Below are positions 52,146 to 64,000 of a stretch of DNA of 64,000 nucleotides, in pieces; positions within the stretch are counted from its first letter, which is position 1, and every line of letters begins with the position of its first letter. The stretch comes from Octopus sinensis. Lineage: Eukaryota. The stretch lies in the NCBI RefSeq assembly GCF_006345805.1, contig NC_043012.1:36518001-36582000 (forward strand), written 5' to 3'. The notes beneath the pieces were generated by a model. That model was not told the origin of the DNA. It saw nothing but the letters and a program-made list of their open reading frames with translations, and ran no database searches. A program made the position numbers and the translations under genes.

Positions 52146-55100
52146 CTCCTTTGATTGAGATGAAATCGTCATAACGCACGATTAATACAAAACAATGAGA
52201 CTAAATAAGCAATAGATTTGACAGAATCATCTGAATGGTTGATGGTTAATACTTGTAAACAGCAGAGACTTTAGATTTTGTAAAGATGACTGATTGTTCA
52301 GACACTTAGGGACCAAAAGGTCATTAAAAAGAAATTATTATTGCTAAGTAGAAATAATGCTTTATTCAAGGAGTTGGTATATCGGGAAATGACATGGTTG
52401 CGTGAACTTGAACAGAACAAGTTGTTTCAGATAATTCTTAATTGCTAATTTGAAACATTTCATAAATTGTTGTGTAACAGAGGTCACTAATAGGAATCTT
52501 GTAATTAGTCCAAAAGACATCAATCTCGCTGGAAATAGAAGCCAAATCTACTTAGGCATGCATAAACAAAACAGTTACTATAATTTAAATATACATTCAC
52601 CTGTTAACTCTTTTGAGACCATATCTCTAATACAATAAAATACACTTGCCTCTGTTTCAATTCATTTTGAAGAAAATTACAAAATTACGAGAAATTCAGC
52701 TTTTGACTTTCCCCTCCACCTTTTAAAACCAAATATTCTAATAACATACTTTCATTTATAGTTGTATTCTCTTTGCGACATTCTTAAAATCTAAGTTATT
52801 ATCATTATTATTAAGCTGGCATTTAGAACATAACAAAAATGGTTCTTTACTCAAATCTTAATTTAATGGCTTAGACCCATTCCTGGTTCTATGATACAAA
52901 CTTTTAAGCGAACTAAATGAAAACCTTCCATGAAAATTCCATGTTAATTCAGGTTCCAAACACCAGCTTAATTAAAACAGTAATTTTACCAAATTCACTA
53001 ATATTTTCAAAACAAATCAAGAGCAAAGAGTGTATTGCAACAGAAATATGATTAATGAAGGTTAAAACATGAACCACTTTATAAAATGAGGTGCTGGACC
53101 TTGGTTGGTGATTGGTGACATGATGTTAAAAGGGTTAGACTGTTTAAATAGGAGTTTATTGTAAAAGGCTCGTTTCTTGTAATTACCAAAGTCCAGTGCA
53201 TCATTTAGTAACAACAACATGAGTGGTTAAAATTATTGGCAAAACACCAAATACAATAATCTTTCCATTAGTATTTTGTTGTCCTTTCATAATCAAGCCC
53301 AGAAATTTAATTCAATAATTTATGTTAGCAAATTATTCAATAGGCCACAATCAATGCAGATTATCTGCCTGGTTGCTGTTAGCCACCAGTCCTGGTGATT
53401 ATTGTGAAATAGGTAACAACAACAACTAACAGCTCCAGATATAAATCAGTCGTTTTAGATATTTTTCGCAGTGCATTCACAGCCGCTGCCATGTGAGTAG
53501 CACAAAAAGGAATGGTTTCAAATTTCACATAATTTCTTTTAAATTAAAACTGCAGGCATTAAAAGGATTTGGGGCCAAACCAGAGCAAGTCTCAGCAACA
53601 TTGCTGCAAACCCTTACAAATATACACACATTCATAATTGTTATTTCTTTCACCATCAACAACTTTTTTCTCAACACAAAAAAAACTCTATATTGTCTCA
53701 TAACCTGCTAGAAACAACAGCCAAATTTCTTTCATATCACATTCAATTGTCTTTAAAAAAAAAAAAGGATAATGTAACCTTAAGATTCTTTTCTGTTTAT
53801 GACAATATTTATTCCTCTCTATCTGGCAGTGGTGCTCAACCATTTTTTTACCTTTGAACACCTTTAATTCCTATTTTACTCAACCGGACCCCCATAGCCA
53901 TTTGATGCTTAAAAAAAAATCCTATTATATTTTTATAAATAAATATTAAGAATTGTATAAAATGTAAAATATATTGTGTATTGTAGAAGTATATCCAATT
54001 TATTGCGCAAATTTTAACAACAAAATCTTCTAAGGACCTCTGGCATCCGAATTCCTCTGCGGAGCAAAAATAAACAAACCATGGACGACCACAAAGTTAT
54101 TTAGCTTAAAAGCTAAGAAGAGAATCGATGATGGGATATGAACTTGAAGAAAGGAAAACACAGGAATGAGGCCATAACCTTGTTTACATCGTAGAATAAC
54201 GATGACGACGGGAAAAGACAATTGGAACAAAAAACCACCGAATTTTGGAAGAGAACATCTGAGCAATGAAATAGATAAAGATACCATGAAGAGATTGGAC
54301 ATCAACAGAAGAGGATCATTGGGGGGGGGGGAGACCAGACCCAGAAGTGGCTGGAAGATATATGTGTGTATGTATGTATATAGAATATTGTTAGTAATTA
54401 TGGAATGGTTAGCAGTGGTAAACATAGAGTTGGTTGTTGGTTTTTATACGAACATGCGAATCTTATCGTTAAGATAATCTGTAACAGGAGAGATTTACAC
54501 CCCCCCCCACGATAGACGATGAAACTTCACTGAATTTGGAATAACCTGACATTTCACACCTTTCTCCAAGACTTTGAGTGCAATTAGCAGTTCAGAGAGA
54601 GAGAGAGAGTTAGGAGGGGGAGGAGTGATAAAATGACGTAAACAAGGAGGGGGAGGGCGAGGAGGATACAAAACAAGAGACGGGGGAAGGTTTCGGACAA
54701 CGACGATGTCCGTGGTGGTTGGAATATGGTGGAGATCTCCTTCAATTAGTCAGTGATGGTCACCGTCAGTATACTGTCGGAACTGATGGCTCGAGATTAA
54801 GGAAACCACTTCACAAGCACGTGGCGACGAGTTCGGTTCCAGTGTGCGACACACTGAGCTAACAACAGCATCCATAAGACAGGTTTTGTGGATGGACAGA
54901 AGGGTGGGTCACCTGCGAACCTGGAATAAAGGGTTTTGCGGTAAAGAGAGGCCCAAGGTTTCGAGAAGAACTATCGAGGGAGGATTGCCGGCTCACAATA
55001 AATTTATTCTCTATTGCGAACCTTTTTGAAGATATTATTCTTTTCATAATTTACCGACACAAAACATCGCCAGATTCCTCAGAGTCGGCTGTTTTCAATT

Positions 55101-55631
55101 TGTTGAGTGGAATTTAGCAGGCGGAAACTGTGCGGAAACTCGTCGAGCGCGCGAGTGTGTGTGTACGAATGCGTACATTTTCGTTCTTATTACATCAAAA
55201 AGAAAAAAATAAATACATAACCGTATTTATTCTGCCCTTGTTGCACAAACTCTCGACCCTGCGAGCAAGTTAGTGATTGAAATGGCTGTCCCGTTTCAAC
55301 AAACCTTATTAATCACAAAATACGGTTCGAAAGATCTTTGTGTTTTGTAGGGCGAGACATCACACCAGTGCTTAGATAACATTATTCGGTAGACCACCAC
55401 CCTCTTATTGCAACTCCCCTCAAAATTGTCTCTGGTCGTCGTCGATGATCGATGGAAGACCAATGAAAGAATTAGGTTTCAACCTCCGCTCTGCTAATGA
55501 TACAACACCCAACATCTCTAGCGATATAAATAATGGAGATTGTCTAATCTAACATAGAGATGGCCGGGAGGGGGGGGGAGAAGAAGATATCTACAATGTT
55601 GACATCCAATTTACAACGATATTAGAAATGC

Positions 55632-55672
<41 letters not shown>

Positions 55673-57162
55673 CCTGCTCGCTTAGCCAGCGGGGTGGAGT
55701 CATTCGAAGGCTAAAACAATGCGAACGCATTGTGACCAGCGATGTGTAACTACATCTGATGGACTGGTCGGTCACGTGATATATATATATATGTGTGTGT
55801 GTGTGTAAAATTTCCTTGCACCCACAGAGAGAGAGAGAGAGAGAGCGAGAGAGCCAAAAACTCGGCTCGAAGACCCCTGCGCAACAACGGGCGAAACTGA
55901 CGCAGGCAAAATAAAAATATATCATTCATCTCTGCTCTCGTATCGAGAACATTTTCTACCGACAATCAACACAAACCAAACACACACACACATATATATA
56001 TATATACATACATATCTACACACGATGAAGTATTTATTAATAGATGTGAGAGAGAGAGAAGAGGGCGCGAGCGAAATATATAGCACAGGAAAACAAAACA
56101 ATTACAGCAGTGTATATATGTGCGCGCGCGCGGGCGAGTGTGTGTGTGTATAAAAGATATATACATAACAAATCACGCTCTACGACACACAGTTCTAAGA
56201 CATCCAATATACACAGCGACACCCCATTACACAATACACGGTACTGTGAGTGTATATTTTTATTTAATAGACAAGGAGGAGTCTTATCTCTCTCTCTCTC
56301 TCTACGCAGCCGTTTGACATGAGAGAAACAACAGCAAAAATCGTCACCGAATCACACCCTAGTCTTAAAACACAGAAGGATACGTTGGATAACGTTGTCT
56401 AGTCTAAGTGGGTGGTCACGAATGGAATAGCTTTCATGATAAGTCTGCTTGTTCGGAGCCGACCTTGGAGATACACAACACAGCTCTTTGCACACACACA
56501 CACACAACTGTAGGCCCAGACATGGCAGTGTCTGAGAAACTCGTTTAGCAATCGCGTAGTTTCAGGTTTGGTGCCATTTCTTCAAATGCCCAGCTCCGAC
56601 CAAATGCCTTCTCAGTGAATTCGATACAAGGAAAACCGCGTGGAAACCCGTGGCGTCCCACTTGGCAACCGCTGTTGGTTTGTTTATGTCCCCCGTAACT
56701 TCGCTATTCGGCGAAAGTGACCGACAGAGTGTACACCAGACTTAAATTAAATTAAATACTGGGGTCGATTAGTTGGAATAAAACCCCCCAGGGCGGTGCT
56801 CCACCATGGCCACAGTCAAATGACTGAAACATGGTAAAAGATACAAATTTCCCACCGCCATTACTCAGAGTTTCGACCACGTTTTACTCACACGCAACAA
56901 ACGATAAAGGTGAAATGTGGTCGCCAGAGCAGCTCGGAATAACAGGTGGACCTTCCTCGAATCACAGAAAACTCTCTTAAAAACCGAAGACACAGAAAGG
57001 AAGGAATGGTCTTATGAGGTAACAACAACAGCAGTACATTATACTACGGCCCCGAACGAGCATACGAGACGTTAAATTTATAGACAAGTAACATTTAATG
57101 ATTTGCATTAATGATGAAATCGTATTTAATAACTTGAAATTTGAACACTTGTCAATAATATA

Positions 57163-57479
57163 CAGTGGAAACCGCTTATTATAATCACTTTGGAACTGGG
57201 CCGTTTCGATAACATAAAAGCAGATTATAATAAACATATTCCGAACAAGTGTGGTCGTTGCTGGTTTAGGCACAAGGCCAAGGATTTTAGAAGCTGGGGG
57301 TGAGTCGATATCTATCGACCCCAGCGGGATTAGAACTTAGAATAATATAGAGAGCTAACACGAATTACTACCAGCTATTTCCCCCACACACCAGCTCGCC
57401 GCTCCGAGGTCGACTAATATATTTATAACAATAAGCACTGCGTAACTTCAATTGCGATTATAATAAGCGGCTCCCACTA
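57163..57479. mobile_element. pogo/Tigger-like MITE with an internal SINE fragment
   Basis: TA-CAGTGGAAACCGCTTATTATAATC ... GATTATAATAAGCGGCTCCCACTA inverted ends. Confidence 0.6.
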
Positions 57480-60400
57480 ATGTGTGTATATATTTCAAGA
57501 TAAAACCTGTCTTTCAACGAACATAGACTATAAAACCCTTTGTAATTCGAGTGTCCTCGACGTTGTGTGGTGGAGCACGAAATTATGCCCCTCCCGTTCT
57601 CGGTGTATACACACCGAAACATATATATATATATAATCGTTTATTGGATCCGCAACACATTCCCATCTACGGTGAAGTATATTACGCAAACAGGACGAAG
57701 TGTATATAATCTATATACACACACAGACTGTAAAGGGTGTTAAAAAATACCTAAGCCGTATTCAATATAAACGAGTGTGTATATATTATATTTGTGTATA
57801 TACAGATTTATATTATACACACGCAACTACCACATTCCAACTAGGAGTTGAGTGTGTGTACGAGAGAATAGAAAAACGAGAGTTGGCGAGAGTGTGAGTG
57901 AAGTGTTGGAGTGAGAGAAGTGAGAGGGAGAGATGAAAGTGAGTGTCCCCCACAGACAATAGTGGAGTGGAGAGGAGGACTGGTCAGAGAGAGAATATCA
58001 TGATAGGAGCGTGAGAGGAGGGAGTGGAAGGCAAAGCAAAGTATATGTGTGTGTGTGTATATATATATATACAGAGAGAGAGAGAGAAGGAATTGAGAGG
58101 CGTAGCAGAGAAGCTGTGAGTGAGAGGTGAAGAGATGATCGAGGGGAACGGTCAGAGGTTATATCGGAGGAATAGAGGGAGACTGGAGGCAAAGAGAGGG
58201 AGGTATATATACACTTCTAATTTGTCTACATACATACACAAACACTAATATTTATCTACACACACGCGCATGTGTGTGTGTACAATCGGATGTATATATA
58301 TATACACGCGCGTGTGTGTGTGTGTGTGTGTATATATATAATCTTGAGACAACATAGGTTTGTTGGGAAGATATATTTTATGTAATGGAGTGTATGAGCG
58401 TGCAGGAGGTTTCGTTTAGCCCCAGGTATATAGCTCTGATCAAGCGCACCTATAATAATAAAAAGGGCTGCCGACCGCGACCATCTTGTGTCCCCCCCCC
58501 TCTTCCAGACACCGCATCCCAGTCTAGGATCGCAATCTCCGATAAAACGTCACGTTTTCGAGAGAAAACCGTGTGATTTAAGAGAGCTTTTGGTACAGGT
58601 AGCGAGGTCGAAGCGAAAAACTAAGAAGGAAGGCTGAGGGAACAGAATATGAGAAACGAATGTATATAGACAGATAGATAGAAGGGCTAATACAGAGGCA
58701 GTCGGATATATAGACATATAGATGGATACATAGAGAGAGTAATAGATGGCTATAGAGATGGACTGATGGAAAGACCTGTACACGGGCTGATAGTCGGATA
58801 TAGATATATATATTTAGAGAAAGACCGACGGCTAAGCTCGTTCAAGAAAGTGCCATTGAAAAGGTGGGCGGATAGATAGAATAGATAAATAGACAAGGAA
58901 CTGATTCGAGACAGGCAGAGAAGGATCACAACTACACAGACAAATGTACGGACAAAATGAACGTAGCCAGACACTATATATATATATATATATATAAATA
59001 CCATATACATACATTATGAGACAGAAACTGATAAACACTCAGTCTGAAGGAAACACACACACGTATATGTATGTGTGCGTATATATATGGAGAGAGAGAG
59101 AGATGTGAAGGTGAGACTTATTGTCGAACAAAGAGAGGTTGGGTTGATTATTTAGCGACGACGGCACTCCATTTGTGGTAGAAGTGACAGCTTACGTATA
59201 GTGTGGAAGACAGCTAAAGGGGACAGTGTCGCCTCCCGACACAGCAATGACCACCACTTAAAGTGTCTACCGACAGCGAGAGAGAGAGGAGAAATGGTGC
59301 TGCATTTAGAAATGGAAATAAAAGACGACATTAAGAGCTGCTACACGGAACCATGGTGAGAAAAAACCCCTGAGAGGACCAGGAAAGGGTGAAAGGGAGA
59401 GAGATAGTGCAAAGATGTGTGTGTATATGGGATTTGTCTGTCGTATCTTTCTTTATATACGGTGTTATCTATCTTCGACGATCTCTCATTCTCTCTCTCG
59501 TGTGTGTGTGTAAAAGGGGTGAAACGTGAAGTGAACTAGAATAAAGGGATAGATTAACAGATATATGACTTTGAGACGTGTAGAGATGAGAGACAGACAA
59601 ATCTACATCGATAACACATACAATATACACAGATATTATAAGAGCGAAGTGTGTGTGTGTGTGTATATATATACATACATAGGTAGATAGATATGAGACA
59701 CTGCGTTACAGAACAAGCAATGTTCACTACACACATACACATATAGGAATAGAGAGGGGGAGAATAACGATAGATTGATATGTATAGGCTCGGCTATATA
59801 GCGATAGGCAAACAGGCTACAAGATATAACAAAAGATATATATATATTTATATATATAACGATAGACGAATGTTGTATAGAGGAGGCTATATATATAACG
59901 ATAGACAAATATGTATAGACGAGGCTATATAACGACAGCTAGAAAGGATATACACCGATAAACTGTTGGAGATGGTGATAGACTTATAGATATATATACA
60001 TATAACTATAGTTATTGCTTAGCCCAGAGTCTATCCTGTTCGGAGATATTCTAGCCATGGCCATCCCATCGTTTTTTTTCTTCTAGGCACTGTGTTGTTA
60101 GAGCTGCATTATTCAATTGTGCTCTTCGCTTTCTTAAGACAGAGGAAAATTTGGATGTTATTTCTAGCAGATTGAGCGATTAAGTAACGGCTGGTACGTA
60201 GAATGGTGGGTATACATGGCAAGTGTTTAAAGGTGTATATAAAGATGAGAGCGGAGGGGGTCCATTATTTCCTGCTAGCTCTACTCACACTCTCTCCTTC
60301 CAAGATAGACAAGTGCGTAGCAAGTGTGATGAAGGCACTTAGCATTAGTGATGATGATGATGATGGTGGTGGTGGACACGGAAGGGAACTGCAACCAAAA

Positions 60401-61479
60401 TCCAACATTAGGGCCACGACACATATTACTGGGTTTCGACGAGCCATCGACGGAACCTGTCCACACGGTGGTTTCACTCGCAAGAAATAGCAACCAAATC
60501 TCCTTCAAATTACGTACATCACCCCCACTGTCTGAGAAGAAAGCACACGACGGACATTGTGGTCCCGGGTTCCTTGTATATAAGAAAAAAAATGAGATGG
60601 CCACAACTGGAATGGCTTCCATCATATGCCTGCTCGGTTAGAGCTAACTTAGGGCTAAATAACACCACTAATGTTAGGACAATTTTATATCAATCAGTCT
60701 ATCGACACACTACCATCTACAGCCCCGTAAATATACACGCACACGTAACCGATCTGGTGTGTATATACATGATATATACATAATTATACGCAGATATACA
60801 AACATAAGGGAGAGAGAAAGAATACAAAGTAGGTTAAAAGGAAAGGAGGGGGGGCTGGTTATGGTTATCAGGCTTGTCCAAAAGCGAGGAGAAATGGCCT
60901 AAACTGATTAAGATAAGAGATTTCAAATAGATGTTGTTGTAGATGTTAATGTGGTCGGTTGCGAGAGAGAGAGAGAGAGAATAAAAAGAGCCATGATGAC
61001 CGAAAGGGATCCAGTACGTGTCTCCCTTGTGTAACATCACCGCCACCACCACGAAGACAGTTCGAGTTCTCCCTGTTGGACAAATATGCCAGGACCCATA
61101 GGCGTAGACGGACGGGGTAGACGACATGTGCGAAATACCAATATTGCTACGACATTGCTCGTGGGGAGGACGGATGGCCATTGCAAATCAGACCGACTCC
61201 ACACACACACACACACACTTGCACGAACGTATTACCATTAACACGCACGCACCATACATACATATATACACACACACACACGAGAGAGAGCGGCAGAGAC
61301 CGACCAAGGTGTCCGAAGAGGAGGTGGCTAAACAGTGGACCAGACGGTGCAGGTGAAGGGTCAGTGGTGTTGGCCAGTTGTGCTTTGGACAACACGTAAC
61401 GTAATAAAACACGACGGCCCCCAAGGACGAGACGGAATGCAGGTTGTTTGCAGGGAGACACTCAAACTCGGCAATTTCA

Positions 61480-63120
61480 ACAAATATATTCCAGAATCTT
61501 TCATATCTTCTAATATTTCTCTCTTTTCTTTTTCAGATATTTATTTTACGCATATTTTTTCCCCTTTTTTCCTCCGTCAGCTCTGGTGTTTCATTTAATG
61601 AAGTGTGGAGTTGGCAGTTTGAGGTGGTAACTCGCTGTCACAATGTATTCAACATATAGAAAACTGGTGGAGAAATATAGAGTGGAATAAACCAAGTCGA
61701 CCCACCGAGGGACCCCTTAAAATTAAGGTGAACAGCAAATGTGGGGGCCAAAGGACACGGGATTGTATTTTCAACAAAGTAGATGACAATTCGAGAGAAT
61801 CGAGTGGACGCCATATTGGGGGAAAAGTGTCTGGATGTGGTTTTTGTGTTTTGATCGTGGCGAGGATGTTTTTTTCGAGGAGGGTGGCCACAGACAGAAG
61901 GGCTGCAAATATAGACGAACACTGCTTTTATGGATCCACCAGCTTCAAAACAACCATTTCCGACCAATAAATAACCGAGGGAAAAGACTAAGGTTGCGCA
62001 AGAGAATTAATCTTAATTTCAAGGAGAGATATTAGAAATAAAGCCAGAAGAGAATATTCCGAAACCATTAGGAAGATTAAAATCAATGGTTTGTTGGGAG
62101 ATCGTTGAAATATCATCAAGAAGAGATGAAAGCGAGAGGAAAAGGTTTGTTATTTGTGGAAAATAATCAACGATGTCGGCCATGATGTGTGAGAGAAAAA
62201 GTAAGAAGCGAGAAACTATTAAGGACAAAACGACGAAGGAAAAACATTCTGAATATACACACATATATATAGAGAAAAGATAGACCTACCTCCGGTTCAG
62301 GTTTCGCTGGCGACCGCTTGGTTTTCGGAGCTGAAAAAGACGAAAGAAGACCATCTACGTTAATGTAGGTGGAGTGTGAGGACATTTGTGTAGGAACCAG
62401 TGAAGAAACACCGAGTCCCACTCACAGCACTTTCCAACAATGTTTGAAGGGCTCGTGGTTGATTGGGGGTCATCGGTGAGGGAGAGACGAATCGACGGTC
62501 TTCCTGCCCCGAAAACGTAGGCAGAACGGTGACTGTATTATTAAATGGAGTTCGTCATAAACAGTGAAAGAAACTGACGGACAAACGTGTCTACCTTTGA
62601 AGAGAGCTTCTGTCATCGGTGAAGATGGACAGTCGGTAAGGAAGAGAGAAAGACTAGGGTCTGTGGAGCCATTGATGGTCCAAGTAGAATGGAGGTCGTG
62701 ACACGGCGAATTTGCATATTGTCCGGAAGCTTCAGAAATAATAAAGATGTCAGGTTGTTGGGTTATGAAAGAGAGAGAGAAACCTGGCGAGTCTTTTCAG
62801 TGGAAACGGCCAGAGAAATATTAGAAGGTAGGACTTCTGAAGGGTGGAGGAAGTGAGGCTCACATTGATGGAAAGTGAATGTGGTCGAGAAAAATAAGAT
62901 GGAGAAGAAGAACTTCAAGACAATAAAATAGATATTATTTGGTTGGTGGTGATGGTCGTATACGGATTGCGGGGAAGGAGAAAGAGAAAGGCTCAGTAAA
63001 TTAGTAGATGGCAAAGATAACACCTCATGGAGGAACACAGGCGTATCTCTATGAAAAGAAATCTGATGGACGTAATCCGGGGTTTCAATATTTATTAAAG
63101 ATGTTGGATTGCTGCAAATA
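61480..63120 (-). mobile_element. Ancient degenerate LINE, AP-endonuclease region
   Basis: Fragments SNISLA.., QQPDIFIISE.. and DFNLP resemble APE motifs in the expected order; no intact ORF. Confidence 0.35.
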
Positions 63121-63207
63121 AAATCATAAAAGATGGATAGATATAATTCTTGCCAATCTGAATATTAACAACATCCAGGCGGAGAGGCTGGTGCTGTCGA
63201 ACCGCCT

Positions 63208-63411
63208 ATATATATATAGTGTGTGTGTGTGTATATATATATAATGTGTGTGTATATATATATATATATAGTGTGTGTGTATATATATATATGTGTGTGT
63301 GTATATATATATAATATGTGTGTGTGTATATATATATAATATGTGTGTGTGTATATATATATATATAATATGTGTGTGTGTATGTATATATATATATATA
63401 GAGAGAGAGAG

Positions 63412-63447
<36 letters not shown>

Positions 63448-63726
63448 GTGTGTGTGTGTAGATGTTTTGGTGAATATTTAGCCGTAAAGGTGCCTTTTGT
63501 GGATATGTGTGATATAATGGATATCTATAAACACGAGATGTTTATATATTGTGTGTGTGTATGTATAACACACATATATATATACTGCACACTCGTGTGA
63601 CACAATAATCACATATATGTATTTATGTGTATGATTATAACACGAGTGTGTGTGTGTGCGCAGTGGAAAATATGTGTGTGTAGTGAACGATGTATGTGTG
63701 TATGTATATGCAGTATACTATCTGCC

Positions 63727-63766
<40 letters not shown>

Positions 63767-63955
63767 CAAATGTGAGGGCGAGTGAGAGTGTGTGAATATA
63801 TGTATGGTGTATACGTATATATAGTGTATAGAATGTATATACACACACACATATATATACATGTAAGGTTTTTCGGGCTATATATATTCATACATATACA
63901 TTTATCCAGAAAGAGAGTGTGTGAGTGAGTGTATATATGTGTGTGTATATACATG
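63208..63955. repeat. Compound (TA)n/(TG)n/(GA)n microsatellite region
   Basis: Directly visible. Confidence 0.9.
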
Positions 63956-64000
63956 ATCGGCCATATTAGATGGAGTAGCTGGTGGTTTATTGATTTGGAA

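Noticed and set aside
54284-54305. Candidate first coding exon of the PHF13-like gene (MSNLFM|gtatct)
   Set aside because: Weak donor and no homology support.
56855-56895. GAAACTCTGAGTA half-motif on the minus strand resembling hammerhead family A
   Set aside because: No upstream CUGANGA box and no stems I or II.

Overview
AT-rich, microsatellite- and SINE-dense eukaryotic genomic DNA; the repeat families and intron style strongly resemble an octopus (cephalopod mollusc) genome, which is an inference. Almost all short ORFs in the supplied track are artefacts of (TA)n/(CA)n repeats and SINEs. Three real genes can be reconstructed: MFSD5 (single coding exon, minus strand, 450 aa); METTL1/TRM8 tRNA m7G46 methyltransferase (six coding exons, plus strand, 252 aa, all splice phases consistent); and a PHF13/PHF23-like PHD-finger gene (minus strand, three coding exons found, first exon not located) with polyQ tracts. 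The rest is a TE patchwork: a complete but frameshifted Tc1 element nested in an RTE LINE, a decayed maT/DD37D-like element, mariner/hAT/pogo MITEs, RTE, CR1 and CRE-like LINE fragments, and two tRNA-headed SINE families. The most interesting signal is about nine minimal type-I hammerhead-ribozyme-like motifs in at least three repeat families. Several sit as inverted pairs in large palindromes, one family shows a compensatory stem change between loci, and one is joined to a tRNA-like Pol III B-box head. Ribozyme activity is not demonstrated.
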